Source: an uncultured virus (IMG/VR IMGVR_UViG_3300017751_000009) | Lineage: Duplodnaviria > Heunggongvirae > Uroviricota > Caudoviricetes | IMG/VR virus record: IMGVR_UViG_3300017751_000009 | Direction: 5' to 3' (one strand) | Length of the DNA stretch: 20,000 nt | In this document: in pieces, positions 6,246 to 15,009 of the stretch | Layout of the letters: each line of letters starts with the position of its first letter | Numbering within the stretch: position 1 is the stretch's first letter | Position numbers and translations under genes: made by a program | Notes under the pieces: generated by a model | What the model saw: only the letters and a program-made list of their open reading frames with translations | Database searches by the model: none | What the model was told of the DNA's origin: nothing

Positions 6246-7250
6246 ATGGATTTTCTTAAAGAGATTGTAAAAGAGATTGGAGATGACTATACTCAACTGG
6301 CAAAAGATATTGACGACACTGAAACTTATGTGGACACAGGTTCGTACATTTTTAACGGACTCGTTTCAGGTAGTATATTTGGTGGTTGTTCTGGGAATAA
6401 GATTACTGCCATTGCTGGGGAGTCTAGCACTGGCAAAACTTTCTTTAGCCTCGCCGTCGTTCAAAATTTCCTTAACGCTAATCCTGACGGTTATTGTCTC
6501 TACTTTGACACTGAGGCAGCAATTAATAAGTCTCTTCTGGAGAGCCGTGGACTACCTCTTGATCGCTTGGTAGTTGTCAATGTTGTAACTATCGAAGAGT
6601 TTCGTAGTAAAGCATTGAAAGCAGTTGATTTGTATCTAAAGAAACCCGAAGGAGAGCGCAAACCATGTATGTTTGTATTAGATTCTCTTGGCATGCTCTC
6701 AACTGAGAAAGAGATCCGTGATGCTCTTGACGAGAAGCAGGTTCGTGATATGACAAAATCACAACTGGTCAAAGGTGCCTTCAGGATGTTGACATTGAAG
6801 TTGGGACAGGCTAAAATACCTATGATCGTTACCAATCACACTTACGATGTCATCGGCGCATATGTACCTACAAAAGAAATGGGAGGAGGTAGTGGGCTCA
6901 AGTACGCTGCATCCACCATCATTTATTTGTCCAAGAAAAAAGAAAAAGATGGCACCGATGTCGTTGGAAACCTTATCAAGGCAAAGACTGCTAAGTCTCG
7001 TCTGAGTAAGGAGAACAAGGATGTCACTATTCGTTTATACTATGATGAGCGTGGACTTGATCGTCATTATGGATTGCTTGAATTAGGAGAACTTGGGGGT
7101 CTCTGGAAGAATGTTGCGGGTCGTTATGAGATTGATGGTAAGAAAGTCTATGCCAAGCAAGTCTACAAGGAACCTGAAAAGTATTTTACTGAAGAAGTAA
7201 TGCAACAACTTGACGAGATTGCTCGCAAAGAATTTAGCTATGGCGAATGA
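6246..7250 (+). CDS. uvsX: RecA-like recombinase UvsX
   Basis: Walker A GESSTGKT, YFDTE, Walker B FVLDSLG, MGGGSGLKYAAS. Confidence 0.96.
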   Translation: MDFLKEIVKEIGDDYTQLAKDIDDTETYVDTGSYIFNGLVSGSIFGGCSGNKITAIAGESSTGKTFFSLAVVQNFLNANPDGYCLYFDTEAAINKSLLESRGLPLDRLVVVNVVTIEEFRSKALKAVDLYLKKPEGERKPCMFVLDSLGMLSTEKEIRDALDEKQVRDMTKSQLVKGAFRMLTLKLGQAKIPMIVTNHTYDVIGAYVPTKEMGGGSGLKYAASTIIYLSKKKEKDGTDVVGNLIKAKTAKSRLSKENKDVTIRLYYDERGLDRHYGLLELGELGGLWKNVAGRYEIDGKKVYAKQVYKEPEKYFTEEVMQQLDEIARKEFSYGE

Positions 7251-8629
7251 TGAGTGACCGCATTGAATTGACTATTCTGAGGAACCTCATCCATGATGAA
7301 GAGTTTCTCAGAAAGGTTCTTCCTTTTATAGAACCTGATTATTATGATGATCGTGCTGAAAAAATTATTTTTGAGGAGATAAGTTCTTTTGTAAATGAGT
7401 ATGATAAGATTCTCACTCCAGAGATTCTTAGTATTGAGGTTCAGAATCGTGATGATCTTTCTGAACAGGAATGCAGAGATACCTTAAATTTGGTTGAGGT
7501 TCTAACTCAAAGCGATACTCATACTCAGTGGTTACTTGATGCTACTGAGAAGTGGTGTCGCGACCGTGCAATCTATTTGGCTCTGATGGAGTCCATTCAA
7601 ATTGCTGACGGGCAAGATTCTAAAAAGACTAGAGATGCTATTCCCAGTATCTTGTCGGATGCTCTTGCAGTCTCTTTTGATAATCATATCGGACATGATT
7701 ATCTTGCGGACTATGAGGAACGCTACGAATCATACCATCGTAAAGAAAATAAGATTCCATTTGATCTCGAATACTTTAATAAAATCACAAAAGGTGGTCT
7801 ACCTAATAAAACACTTACTATTGGTTTAGCTGGTACTGGTGTTGGTAAGTCTCTCTTTATGTGTCATGTTGCAAGTTCTGTACTTCTTCAGGGAAAGAAT
7901 GTCCTTTACATAACTATGGAGATGTCCGAGGAAAAGATTGCTGAGAGAATCGACGCCAATCTTCTTGATGTTAACATTAGAGATTTGAGTGAGTTGCCTC
8001 GTCATCTTTTCGAGACAAAAGTATCTAAGGTTGCTGCAAAAACTCAGGGAACTCTTATAATTAAAGAATATCCAACAGCAAGTGCCCATAGTGGCCATTT
8101 TAAATCTCTTCTCAACGATCTGGCACTTAAGAAATCTTTTCGCCCTGATATTATTTTCATTGACTACCTTAATATTTGTGCTTCCGCTAGGTATCGCGGA
8201 GCAGTCGGTGTCAATTCTTATAGCTATATCAAGGCTATTGCTGAAGAACTTAGAGGATTGGCTGTCGAAGCCCAGGTCCCTATCGTTTCTGCCACCCAGA
8301 CCACTCGTTCTGGTTATAGTAGCAGTGATGTTGACATTACTGACACTAGTGAGTCCTTTGGTCTCCCTGCTACTGCTGATCTTATGTTTGCCCTTATTTC
8401 ATCTGAAGATCTTGAAGGACTCGGGCAGATCATGGTGAAGCAATTGAAGAATAGATACGGTGATCCAACAATGAATAAGAGGTTTGTGGTAGGAATAGAT
8501 CGCGCTAAGATGAGGTTATACGATTGTGAACAATCGGATGGTGGATCTCTACTTGGTTCTGGAGATGAAAACAATGTAGCTGATTCTTTTACAAAAGAGA
8601 ATAAGTTTGAGGGATTTAAATTTGATTAA
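7247..8629 (+). CDS. gp41: DnaB-like replicative helicase (T4 gp41-like)
   Basis: Walker A LAGTGVGKS, YITMEM, IFIDYLNIC, SATQTTR, SESFGLPATAD, QLKNRY. Confidence 0.97.
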   Translation: MMSDRIELTILRNLIHDEEFLRKVLPFIEPDYYDDRAEKIIFEEISSFVNEYDKILTPEILSIEVQNRDDLSEQECRDTLNLVEVLTQSDTHTQWLLDATEKWCRDRAIYLALMESIQIADGQDSKKTRDAIPSILSDALAVSFDNHIGHDYLADYEERYESYHRKENKIPFDLEYFNKITKGGLPNKTLTIGLAGTGVGKSLFMCHVASSVLLQGKNVLYITMEMSEEKIAERIDANLLDVNIRDLSELPRHLFETKVSKVAAKTQGTLIIKEYPTASAHSGHFKSLLNDLALKKSFRPDIIFIDYLNICASARYRGAVGVNSYSYIKAIAEELRGLAVEAQVPIVSATQTTRSGYSSSDVDITDTSESFGLPATADLMFALISSEDLEGLGQIMVKQLKNRYGDPTMNKRFVVGIDRAKMRLYDCEQSDGGSLLGSGDENNVADSFTKENKFEGFKFD

Positions 8630-9482
8630 CTCATCAACAAAAATTTGGAAAGAAATCTCAGAGGTAAATAACCTTGAGTTTGAATATCATTTACTGCCTG
8701 GTAATGTTCCAATCCTTATTGCAAATAATGTTTTTCTTTATCCAGACAAAGTTCAAGAGTTTTTAGAAAGTCTTGACTACTGGGAGACTAAAGACTTTGA
8801 TGATAGTGATATTGTTCGTCCTGGAATGACACACCAATTCACTCCAAATCTTTTCTCTATGCTTGGACATCAACTTACTCAAAAATTTAAGAAAATTTTT
8901 GGTGTTAATGACATGTCAATAATTGATATGTACACTCAAGCTACGAGCGGTACAATGGGATTAGATGTTACTGGGGGACTTTGTTGTTATCCTCATATGG
9001 ATTCAGATCCATTTGATAGTATTGAGAGTGAGAGACCATGCATTGTTGCAAACATCAATCTCTCAAAAAGTTCTGACCCTGTAACTACTGGATTTTGGTC
9101 TTGGAGGGGTAAGAACAATGTCTTAGACTTTAATAGGGAGGATAAAAATACCTTAATCAACTTCTATGATCGTCATGAGGAACAGTCAATAGATAAATGG
9201 TTTCAAGTTCATGACTATGAGGATTTTAAATTTGAAAGTTCTGCTACTATGATGTATAATAGCCTTGTGGTCTATCCCACAGGGTGTATTCATAATCCTT
9301 ACATCAAACCTAACTGGTTTTCTGATAAGGAAAGAATAGTATTATCTGCTTTTTATTCTATTCAACCAGAAAATTTAGACTTTGAAGAAAAAAATGCTGA
9401 TATTGTTTCTTATACCTGGGAGCATTTCCGACTAGATACATTATTCAATTATCACCCACAATTCACTTCTCCACAATCATAA
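8622..9482 (+). CDS. 2OG-Fe(II) oxygenase-like protein (DUF6445-like)
   Basis: PHMD (HxD), TGFW, YNSLVVYPTGCIH (distal His) and ...ERIV (2OG-binding Arg). Likely TTG start at 8622, 7 nt after GAGGGA; the ORF track gives 8607. Confidence 0.65.
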   Translation: MINSSTKIWKEISEVNNLEFEYHLLPGNVPILIANNVFLYPDKVQEFLESLDYWETKDFDDSDIVRPGMTHQFTPNLFSMLGHQLTQKFKKIFGVNDMSIIDMYTQATSGTMGLDVTGGLCCYPHMDSDPFDSIESERPCIVANINLSKSSDPVTTGFWSWRGKNNVLDFNREDKNTLINFYDRHEEQSIDKWFQVHDYEDFKFESSATMMYNSLVVYPTGCIHNPYIKPNWFSDKERIVLSAFYSIQPENLDFEEKNADIVSYTWEHFRLDTLFNYHPQFTSPQS

Positions 9483-9484
9483 TT

Positions 9485-10162
9485 ATGCCTACTTATTCTA
9501 ATGCAATCGCTGATGGGACACCCGATCCACAGCGTCCTACTGCTACTCCTCCTCGCCGTCCTCGTGCCAAGGAGTTTTGGGAGGTAGAACCTGGTGATCC
9601 TGGTACTGAGGGTTGGTCTGATAATCCAGAAGATCCTAAGGGTGCTCAACTTGGTAACCCAGCTATTGAAAATCCACCCACTCCTGTTCCTCCTACTCCT
9701 CCTGCTCCCCCTGAAGCTTCCCCTGAACCTACCATTCCGGTAGTCTTGACTTCTTCTCAAACCCCTCCCAAGGATGGTTACCTTGAGTTTGTCGATCAAG
9801 TAACCAGTGCTCCCTCTAAAGATCCCTCACAATTTATTGCTAGAATTGCTGCTCTTCAAGCAGGTGGTTGTGAGATTCAGCGTCTTCTAACTGCTGCTGT
9901 AGGTATCTCTGCTGAAGGTGGTGAGTTCATGGAGATTGTTAAGAAGATCATTTTCCAAGGAAAGCCTTGGGAAGAAGATAACATTGAGCATCTAAAGATT
10001 GAATTGGGCGATGTTATGTGGTATGTTGCTCAGGCATGCATGGCACTTGATATTTCTCTTGAAGAAGTTCTTGATCGTAATATTGATAAATTGTCAAAGC
10101 GTTATCCCACGGGAACCTTTGATGCTTACTATTCAGAAAATCGTAAATCTGGCGACAGATAA
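9485..10162 (+). CDS. mazG: MazG nucleotide pyrophosphohydrolase with a Pro-rich N-terminal extension
   Basis: RLLTAAVGISAEGGEFMEIVKKIIFQGK...ELGDVMWYVAQAC...NIDKLSKRYP is the cyanophage MazG signature. Confidence 0.93.
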   Translation: MPTYSNAIADGTPDPQRPTATPPRRPRAKEFWEVEPGDPGTEGWSDNPEDPKGAQLGNPAIENPPTPVPPTPPAPPEASPEPTIPVVLTSSQTPPKDGYLEFVDQVTSAPSKDPSQFIARIAALQAGGCEIQRLLTAAVGISAEGGEFMEIVKKIIFQGKPWEEDNIEHLKIELGDVMWYVAQACMALDISLEEVLDRNIDKLSKRYPTGTFDAYYSENRKSGDR

Positions 10163-10356
10163 TGTTTAGTCTCTGGATCCACCTACGAGCATTCTTTTCT
10201 GTTGTAGTGGTGAGTTGTGCTCACCCTGTTAACTGGGAGCAGTGTGTTCGTGTGGACCAGTGGCTTTTGCCAGAAGTTAAGGAAGGGTATAGACTGTGGA
10301 CAGGTGAGATAACACCGTATCAGTCTGAAAAGGACTATCTAAATAACAGGGAGTAG
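10162..10356 (+). CDS. Small hypothetical protein, possible lipoprotein/membrane protein
   Basis: 64 aa, TAATG-coupled to mazG; hydrophobic N-terminus ending in VVVSC. Confidence 0.7.
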   Translation: MFSLWIHLRAFFSVVVVSCAHPVNWEQCVRVDQWLLPEVKEGYRLWTGEITPYQSEKDYLNNRE

Positions 10357-10370
10357 TACTCCCTTTTTTT
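10348..10370 (+). terminator. Putative terminator hairpin
   Basis: AGGGAGT-AGT-ACTCCCT followed by a T-run; CTAAATA (late-promoter-like) at 10339-10345 just upstream. Confidence 0.6.
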
Positions 10371-10371
10371 A

Positions 10372-11706
10372 ATGGCCGAACCGTCTGAAGGATTTTTTGC
10401 TGGTTGTGCATTATGCAGCAATCTAGAAATGGATGCTGCTGTCAAAGATGAGACAAGCCTTCAAAACTTTTACAACACCATGTATCAGAGGTATACGGGT
10501 CCCTCTGTTATTGGTGCTGGTAGTGTAAAAAAAGATTTTGAGAAAGCAGTAACCTTAACTCCATCAACAAAAAAAGATAAGTTTTATTCTGATCTTGTTG
10601 TAGGTATCTCTGCAGTAAAAGCAGTCAGATCTTTTCTTGCTACAAATTCTGCAATGAAGGGTATATCTGGGAATGCAACTCCTAATGCGGTATACTTAAC
10701 AGGTACACAATGGCCTAAAGAAGTTCAGCAATTTAAGTTTGCTGCTTTTGGTATGGCAGACTTTAACTCTTCTGATTTGATTCTTCAGTATGGATCTAAT
10801 TATGTTGGGGTATCTTTAAAGAAAAAACCAAAAGGAACTGCACCGGACCCGACTCTAATCAATAAAGCATTTGATACTGTATTGAATGGACCTCAATTTG
10901 CTCCCATAAAAGCACAGTTGCAGCAAGCTAGACAGAATTTTTTTGCTGGAGTAATTAGGGACGCATTAACTAGTGGTCCTTTAGTTGGACTTGCTCAACT
11001 TCCTGATGGATCTAATCCTAGAAATGCTCCACCGGAAAAACTTTGGAGCACTAGGATTGGCATCTATAAAAATGGTAAGATTCAAACAGTTCCTTTAATT
11101 AATCTAAAAGATGTATCTGCTATTGGTGATCCAGCTCTTTTAAATACTAAAGAGGTTGATCGCAAAACAACTAATGCGATGCGTGATTATGTAAACATGA
11201 GGCTTGGTAAAGTCGGCAACCAACCCAATACTTTATATAAACAGTTTCTATCTATCATCAAAACGAATCAGCAATTGTTTGCTGATACCTTAATCAATCT
11301 TATCCTTAAGAAACAATTAATGGATGAGATGAGTGAGTATACTAGAAATAACTTTGAATTTATCTTGACCACTGGGGTAGGACAGGTTACAATATCTAAG
11401 TCTACCGGCATGAATATTCAGGAAGGTAGTGGTAATTGTATTGGTATTGATAGCGTTGCACTTGCTCTTGCTTATCTTAAAAGACAACCTAAGACCATTG
11501 ATATAGATACTGCAAAAACAGAGTCATCAAATGCGGCTAAGTTATTTTTCAAAGTTAGAGCAGGTACACTAGATCTCTTAGAACTTGAGTTAAGATATAA
11601 GGGTGACTTTAAATCTCAACCTCAGTTCCAAGCATTTCTTTCCCCCCAGTTTAAATCATTACTTAAAGGTGATTTTGGAAACGCACGAAACATTATTTTT
11701 GGTTAA
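10372..11706 (+). CDS. Hypothetical protein (444 aa), possible PD-(D/E)xK-like nuclease fold
   Basis: Long ORF filling the gap; SSDLILQYGSNYVGVSLKKK resembles the D-x(n)-SxK variant of the PD-(D/E)xK core. The ORF is secure, the function speculative. Confidence 0.6.
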   Translation: MAEPSEGFFAGCALCSNLEMDAAVKDETSLQNFYNTMYQRYTGPSVIGAGSVKKDFEKAVTLTPSTKKDKFYSDLVVGISAVKAVRSFLATNSAMKGISGNATPNAVYLTGTQWPKEVQQFKFAAFGMADFNSSDLILQYGSNYVGVSLKKKPKGTAPDPTLINKAFDTVLNGPQFAPIKAQLQQARQNFFAGVIRDALTSGPLVGLAQLPDGSNPRNAPPEKLWSTRIGIYKNGKIQTVPLINLKDVSAIGDPALLNTKEVDRKTTNAMRDYVNMRLGKVGNQPNTLYKQFLSIIKTNQQLFADTLINLILKKQLMDEMSEYTRNNFEFILTTGVGQVTISKSTGMNIQEGSGNCIGIDSVALALAYLKRQPKTIDIDTAKTESSNAAKLFFKVRAGTLDLLELELRYKGDFKSQPQFQAFLSPQFKSLLKGDFGNARNIIFG

Positions 11707-12312
11707 ATGTACACTGATTTATTTCCAACTCGATTATACAAATACAATTTACAGGCACCTGATCTAAGACAAAGTATGCTGGATAGGTATGCATCTTGGA
11801 AAGATCATTCAATGAATGGAACTCCCGAAGGATGGAGTTGTGATGTTAGAACAGAATTTCAAGGAGCTTTCCCTCAAGAGATTAAGAAGCGTTATGATGA
11901 TGTTCTAAGAGAATGGAGAGATGAATTTGGACTATTTGATCGTCCATATATTGATGAGATTTGGATGAACGCCTATGAGCAATCTCAATTTCAAGAATCT
12001 CATTCTCATCTACCTGGATTTTTTTCTGGAATTCATTATCTAGTATATGATCCTGAAGAGCATGAAGCTACTACATTTCAAAACCCACAGGACTCTATAC
12101 ATTCTTTTATGTTTGATGACGAGTTCCTGGATGGAGATATTAATAAGCATCTATGTGAGAATCATACCCCTAAGGTTGAGGAGGGTGATATTATTTTATT
12201 CCCATCTCATTTGAAACATTTTGTTAAAAAGAATGACAGCAAAAATCTTCGTATAACTATATCCTTTAACATAAATAGAATTGCGGAGTCTACTCGACGG
12301 GTTTTTTCGTAG
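11707..12312 (+). CDS. 2OG-Fe(II) oxygenase (TIGR02466-like cyanophage family)
   Basis: IWMNAY...QESHSH...SGIHY...EGDIILFPSHLKHFV...RITISFN. Confidence 0.88.
   Translation: MYTDLFPTRLYKYNLQAPDLRQSMLDRYASWKDHSMNGTPEGWSCDVRTEFQGAFPQEIKKRYDDVLREWRDEFGLFDRPYIDEIWMNAYEQSQFQESHSHLPGFFSGIHYLVYDPEEHEATTFQNPQDSIHSFMFDDEFLDGDINKHLCENHTPKVEEGDIILFPSHLKHFVKKNDSKNLRITISFNINRIAESTRRVFS
12270..12277 (+). promoter_or_regulatory. Putative late promoter (CATAAATA)
   Basis: One mismatch to TATAAATA; 38 nt upstream of the 12315 start. Confidence 0.5.
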
Positions 12313-12314
12313 TA

Positions 12315-13511
12315 ATGAAGAATTTTTTCCAATTCTTAAATGAGGCGCAGACAAACGCTGCAAAGCAAGCGAAGAAGCTTGGTTTAAAGGGTGATGGTCA
12401 TGGGTCATGGGTTGATCCAACTGGAAAAATTGTTGGTAGAACCATAGAAGGTGAGTTAGTTTTTTCTAGTGGTAGAAAACCATCAGAAGAAACTGATCCA
12501 ACAAAACCTGGACGGGCAGCAAGAGCTTTACCCCCAGAAAATCCTCCTCCTTCAGCACAACAAAGTGGTGGAGTTGGTGAACCAGAAGAGCAGGAAGAGG
12601 TAGAAAAGACTCGCGGCGCTGTTACTATTGGGTTTGGTAGATTTAATCCTCCTACAGCAGGTCACGAAAAATTACTTGATACTATTAAAGATACTGCGGA
12701 GGGTGGGTCTTATATGATATATCCATCCCACTCAGTAGATCCACAGAAAAATCCTCTTGATTCTGAGACTAAAGTTCTCTTTATGAAGAAGATGTTTCCT
12801 ACACATGCGAATGCGATCATATATGATCCTGGCATTCGTACCATACTAGACGCACTGAAGCAAGCCGATGTCGAAGGATATAGTAGCGTCAACATCGTGG
12901 TTGGTGCTGACAGACAAAAAGAGTTTGAGGGGCTCGCGAACAAATACAACGGGCAACTCTATAATTTTGATGCGATTAATGTCATCTCTGCAGGAGAACG
13001 GGATCCCGATGCTGAAGGGGTTGAGGGTATGTCTGCTTCCAAATTACGAGCCTTAGCTGCTGATGGTGACTTTGAGTCTTTCAAGAAAGGACTACCCAAG
13101 TCTGCTAAAGGAATGGTTGCAAGAGAACTATTCAATACAGTACAGAGATCTATGGGTGCTGCAGCTGTAACAGAGGGCGTAGAGTTGTGGCAAATTGCTC
13201 CTAAGTTTGATGAAAAAACTTTGAGAGAGCATTATATTATTGGCAATATGTTTGATCTGGGATCTCTTGTAGAATCTTTAAATACCGGACTTGTTGGTAG
13301 GATTATTAGACGCGGTGCAAATCATGTTATCGCAGTTACATCTGAGGGTATTATGTTCAAATCTTGGATTAGAGATTTGACTGAATATGTTTCTAGAATT
13401 CCTTCTGGAGTTCCTGCAAATAAGAGAGAAGTTGGAACAGATACTTATAGAGAATATGTTCAGAAACTTACTCCATTAGAAAAGGTTAAGTCCTTTATAA
13501 ATAAAAGATAG
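12315..13511 (+). CDS. Cytidylyltransferase-like (HxGH-superfamily nucleotidyltransferase) protein of T4-like cyanophages
   Basis: FGRFNPPTAGHEKLL, KNPL, VVGADR, SAGERDPDAEGVEGMSASKLR. Confidence 0.88.
   Translation: MKNFFQFLNEAQTNAAKQAKKLGLKGDGHGSWVDPTGKIVGRTIEGELVFSSGRKPSEETDPTKPGRAARALPPENPPPSAQQSGGVGEPEEQEEVEKTRGAVTIGFGRFNPPTAGHEKLLDTIKDTAEGGSYMIYPSHSVDPQKNPLDSETKVLFMKKMFPTHANAIIYDPGIRTILDALKQADVEGYSSVNIVVGADRQKEFEGLANKYNGQLYNFDAINVISAGERDPDAEGVEGMSASKLRALAADGDFESFKKGLPKSAKGMVARELFNTVQRSMGAAAVTEGVELWQIAPKFDEKTLREHYIIGNMFDLGSLVESLNTGLVGRIIRRGANHVIAVTSEGIMFKSWIRDLTEYVSRIPSGVPANKREVGTDTYREYVQKLTPLEKVKSFINKR
13496..13503 (+). promoter_or_regulatory. T4-type late promoter
   Basis: Exact TATAAATA, 33 nt upstream of the 13536 start. 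Confidence 0.75.
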
Positions 13512-13535
13512 GAGACTGCTGAGCTTTCAGGATCG

Positions 13536-14219
13536 ATGAAAAATTTTATTGAAGATACAGCCGATCAGATCATGCTTAATAGCATGGCAAATGTTTTTAT
13601 GGAAAAACTTGATCCCGTAGGTCAGGAAGATGATGATATTGATAATGATGGCAAGAAAAATACTAAGTCAGATTCTTATCTAAGAAACCGTCGTAAGTCT
13701 GTCGGTGCTGCTATTGCTGCTGATAAGGCAAAGATGGTAAAGAAAGAGCAGGTTGAATTATCTCTCCGTGAGAGAGTAGCGGAATTGACCGAAAAAAAGC
13801 TTTATAAGTCTGAGAAAGCTACGACCTCAGATGAAAAAGAAGTAGAAATTTCAGAGAAGTCTGTAAAAAATAAAGTAACTATTAATCCTGATATTCAAGA
13901 AGGTAAGAAAGGTCTCTGGGATAATATCCATGCCAAGCGCAAGCGTGGCGAAAAACCTGCTAAGAAGGGTGATAAGGATTATCCTAAAACATTAAATATT
14001 GAGCAGACTGAAGATTCTCTGAGAGACCGTCGCATGGAGCGCGGTGGGGTTGATGGCAACAACCGTTACAATAAGGCATCAGGTAAACCTAATACCTTTG
14101 GTAAGAAGAAGAGTTCTTCTGATGGACCTTCTGCCTTGGATGTTGTGAAAGCAAAGATCCGTGCTAAGTATGGTGATAAAGCAATCGTGGATACTAAGAA
14201 GAAAAAAGAAAAAGATTAA
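13536..14219 (+). CDS. Hypothetical Lys/Asp/Glu-rich protein, possible internal head protein
   Basis: 227 aa, highly charged; modules KLDPVGQEDDDIDNDG and KKGLWDNIHAKRKRGEKPAKKGDKDYP; follows a late promoter. Confidence 0.75.
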   Translation: MKNFIEDTADQIMLNSMANVFMEKLDPVGQEDDDIDNDGKKNTKSDSYLRNRRKSVGAAIAADKAKMVKKEQVELSLRERVAELTEKKLYKSEKATTSDEKEVEISEKSVKNKVTINPDIQEGKKGLWDNIHAKRKRGEKPAKKGDKDYPKTLNIEQTEDSLRDRRMERGGVDGNNRYNKASGKPNTFGKKKSSSDGPSALDVVKAKIRAKYGDKAIVDTKKKKEKD

Positions 14220-14250
14220 GCCTATATAAGAGAAGTTCACTTCTCAAATA

Positions 14251-14454
14251 ATGCTTTCTTTTTTACTTCCACTAGCATCAAAAATTATTTCTGATGCCGT
14301 TTCTAAAATTCCAGAGAATGAAGAGCTCGGTGAGAAGATGGTTGAGATCTGTCTTGTTATTCTTGCTAAAGCAGTTAAGCTGACCAAGACCGATATGGAT
14401 GATCAACTTCTTGAAGTTGTCACCAAGGCTATCAAAACCCGCGAGGATGCGTAG
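14251..14454 (+). CDS. Small hypothetical protein (67 aa, helical)
   Basis: MLSFLLPLASKII...KLTKTDMDDQLLEVV; fits the gap between neighbouring genes. Confidence 0.8.
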   Translation: MLSFLLPLASKIISDAVSKIPENEELGEKMVEICLVILAKAVKLTKTDMDDQLLEVVTKAIKTREDA

Positions 14455-14456
14455 GT

Positions 14457-14464
14457 TATAAATA
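14457..14464 (+). promoter_or_regulatory. T4-type late promoter
   Basis: Exact TATAAATA in an intergenic gap, 34 nt upstream of the 14498 start. Confidence 0.8.
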
Positions 14465-14497
14465 ATTGTATGAAAACTGTAGTTCGGGTGTAAGAAC

Positions 14498-15001
14498 ATG
14501 GCTCTCTGGGGTCTTAACGACAATATTCAAACCTTTGGTACTGTTGCAGTTAGTGGTAATACTGTAACTGGCACGGGGACCACTTTTACAACCGATGTTG
14601 AAGTTGGTCAAGTAATTCGGGTTGGAACCCGTGGTGGTGTGGGCACATATTATGGTGACGCTGTTATCAGTGGTATCACCAGTGACCGAATTCTTACCAT
14701 CGATTCTACCGCTGGACTTAGTGCAGTTAGCATTGCCGCTACTGCTTATGGTATCAGTGAATTACCAATGTATACTGTTAAGGACAGTGTATATCAAGAA
14801 GAAAGATCTGAAGCAGATTCTTTAGTCTATGGTATTTCTACAGATACTTCTGGTTCATATGCTGTTGCTCATCATGGATGGGTTGGTGTTACCACTTACA
14901 TTGATATGCACGGTAATCTGAGAGTCAAGAGCGAAGTTCTTGTTGCTCAGTCCGGTATTCAAACTGGTGCTAACGGAATTGCTTATCCTACAGATGAATA
15001 A
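14498..15001 (+). CDS. Probable virion structural protein (Gly/Thr/Val-rich beta protein)
   Basis: MALWG..., GTVAVSGNTVTGTGTTFT, HHGWVG...GNLRVKSEVLVA; late promoter upstream. Confidence 0.7.
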   Translation: MALWGLNDNIQTFGTVAVSGNTVTGTGTTFTTDVEVGQVIRVGTRGGVGTYYGDAVISGITSDRILTIDSTAGLSAVSIAATAYGISELPMYTVKDSVYQEERSEADSLVYGISTDTSGSYAVAHHGWVGVTTYIDMHGNLRVKSEVLVAQSGIQTGANGIAYPTDE

Positions 15002-15009
15002 TTGAGTGA

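Noticed and set aside
9452..9799. Arg/Ser-rich minus-strand ORF
   Set aside because: It is the antisense reflection of the CCT-rich proline codons in the mazG extension.
10348..10364. Shared GGAGTA/TACTCC words with pseudoknot stem S1
   Set aside because: Only a 6 bp match in a different topology; likely coincidence without further evidence.
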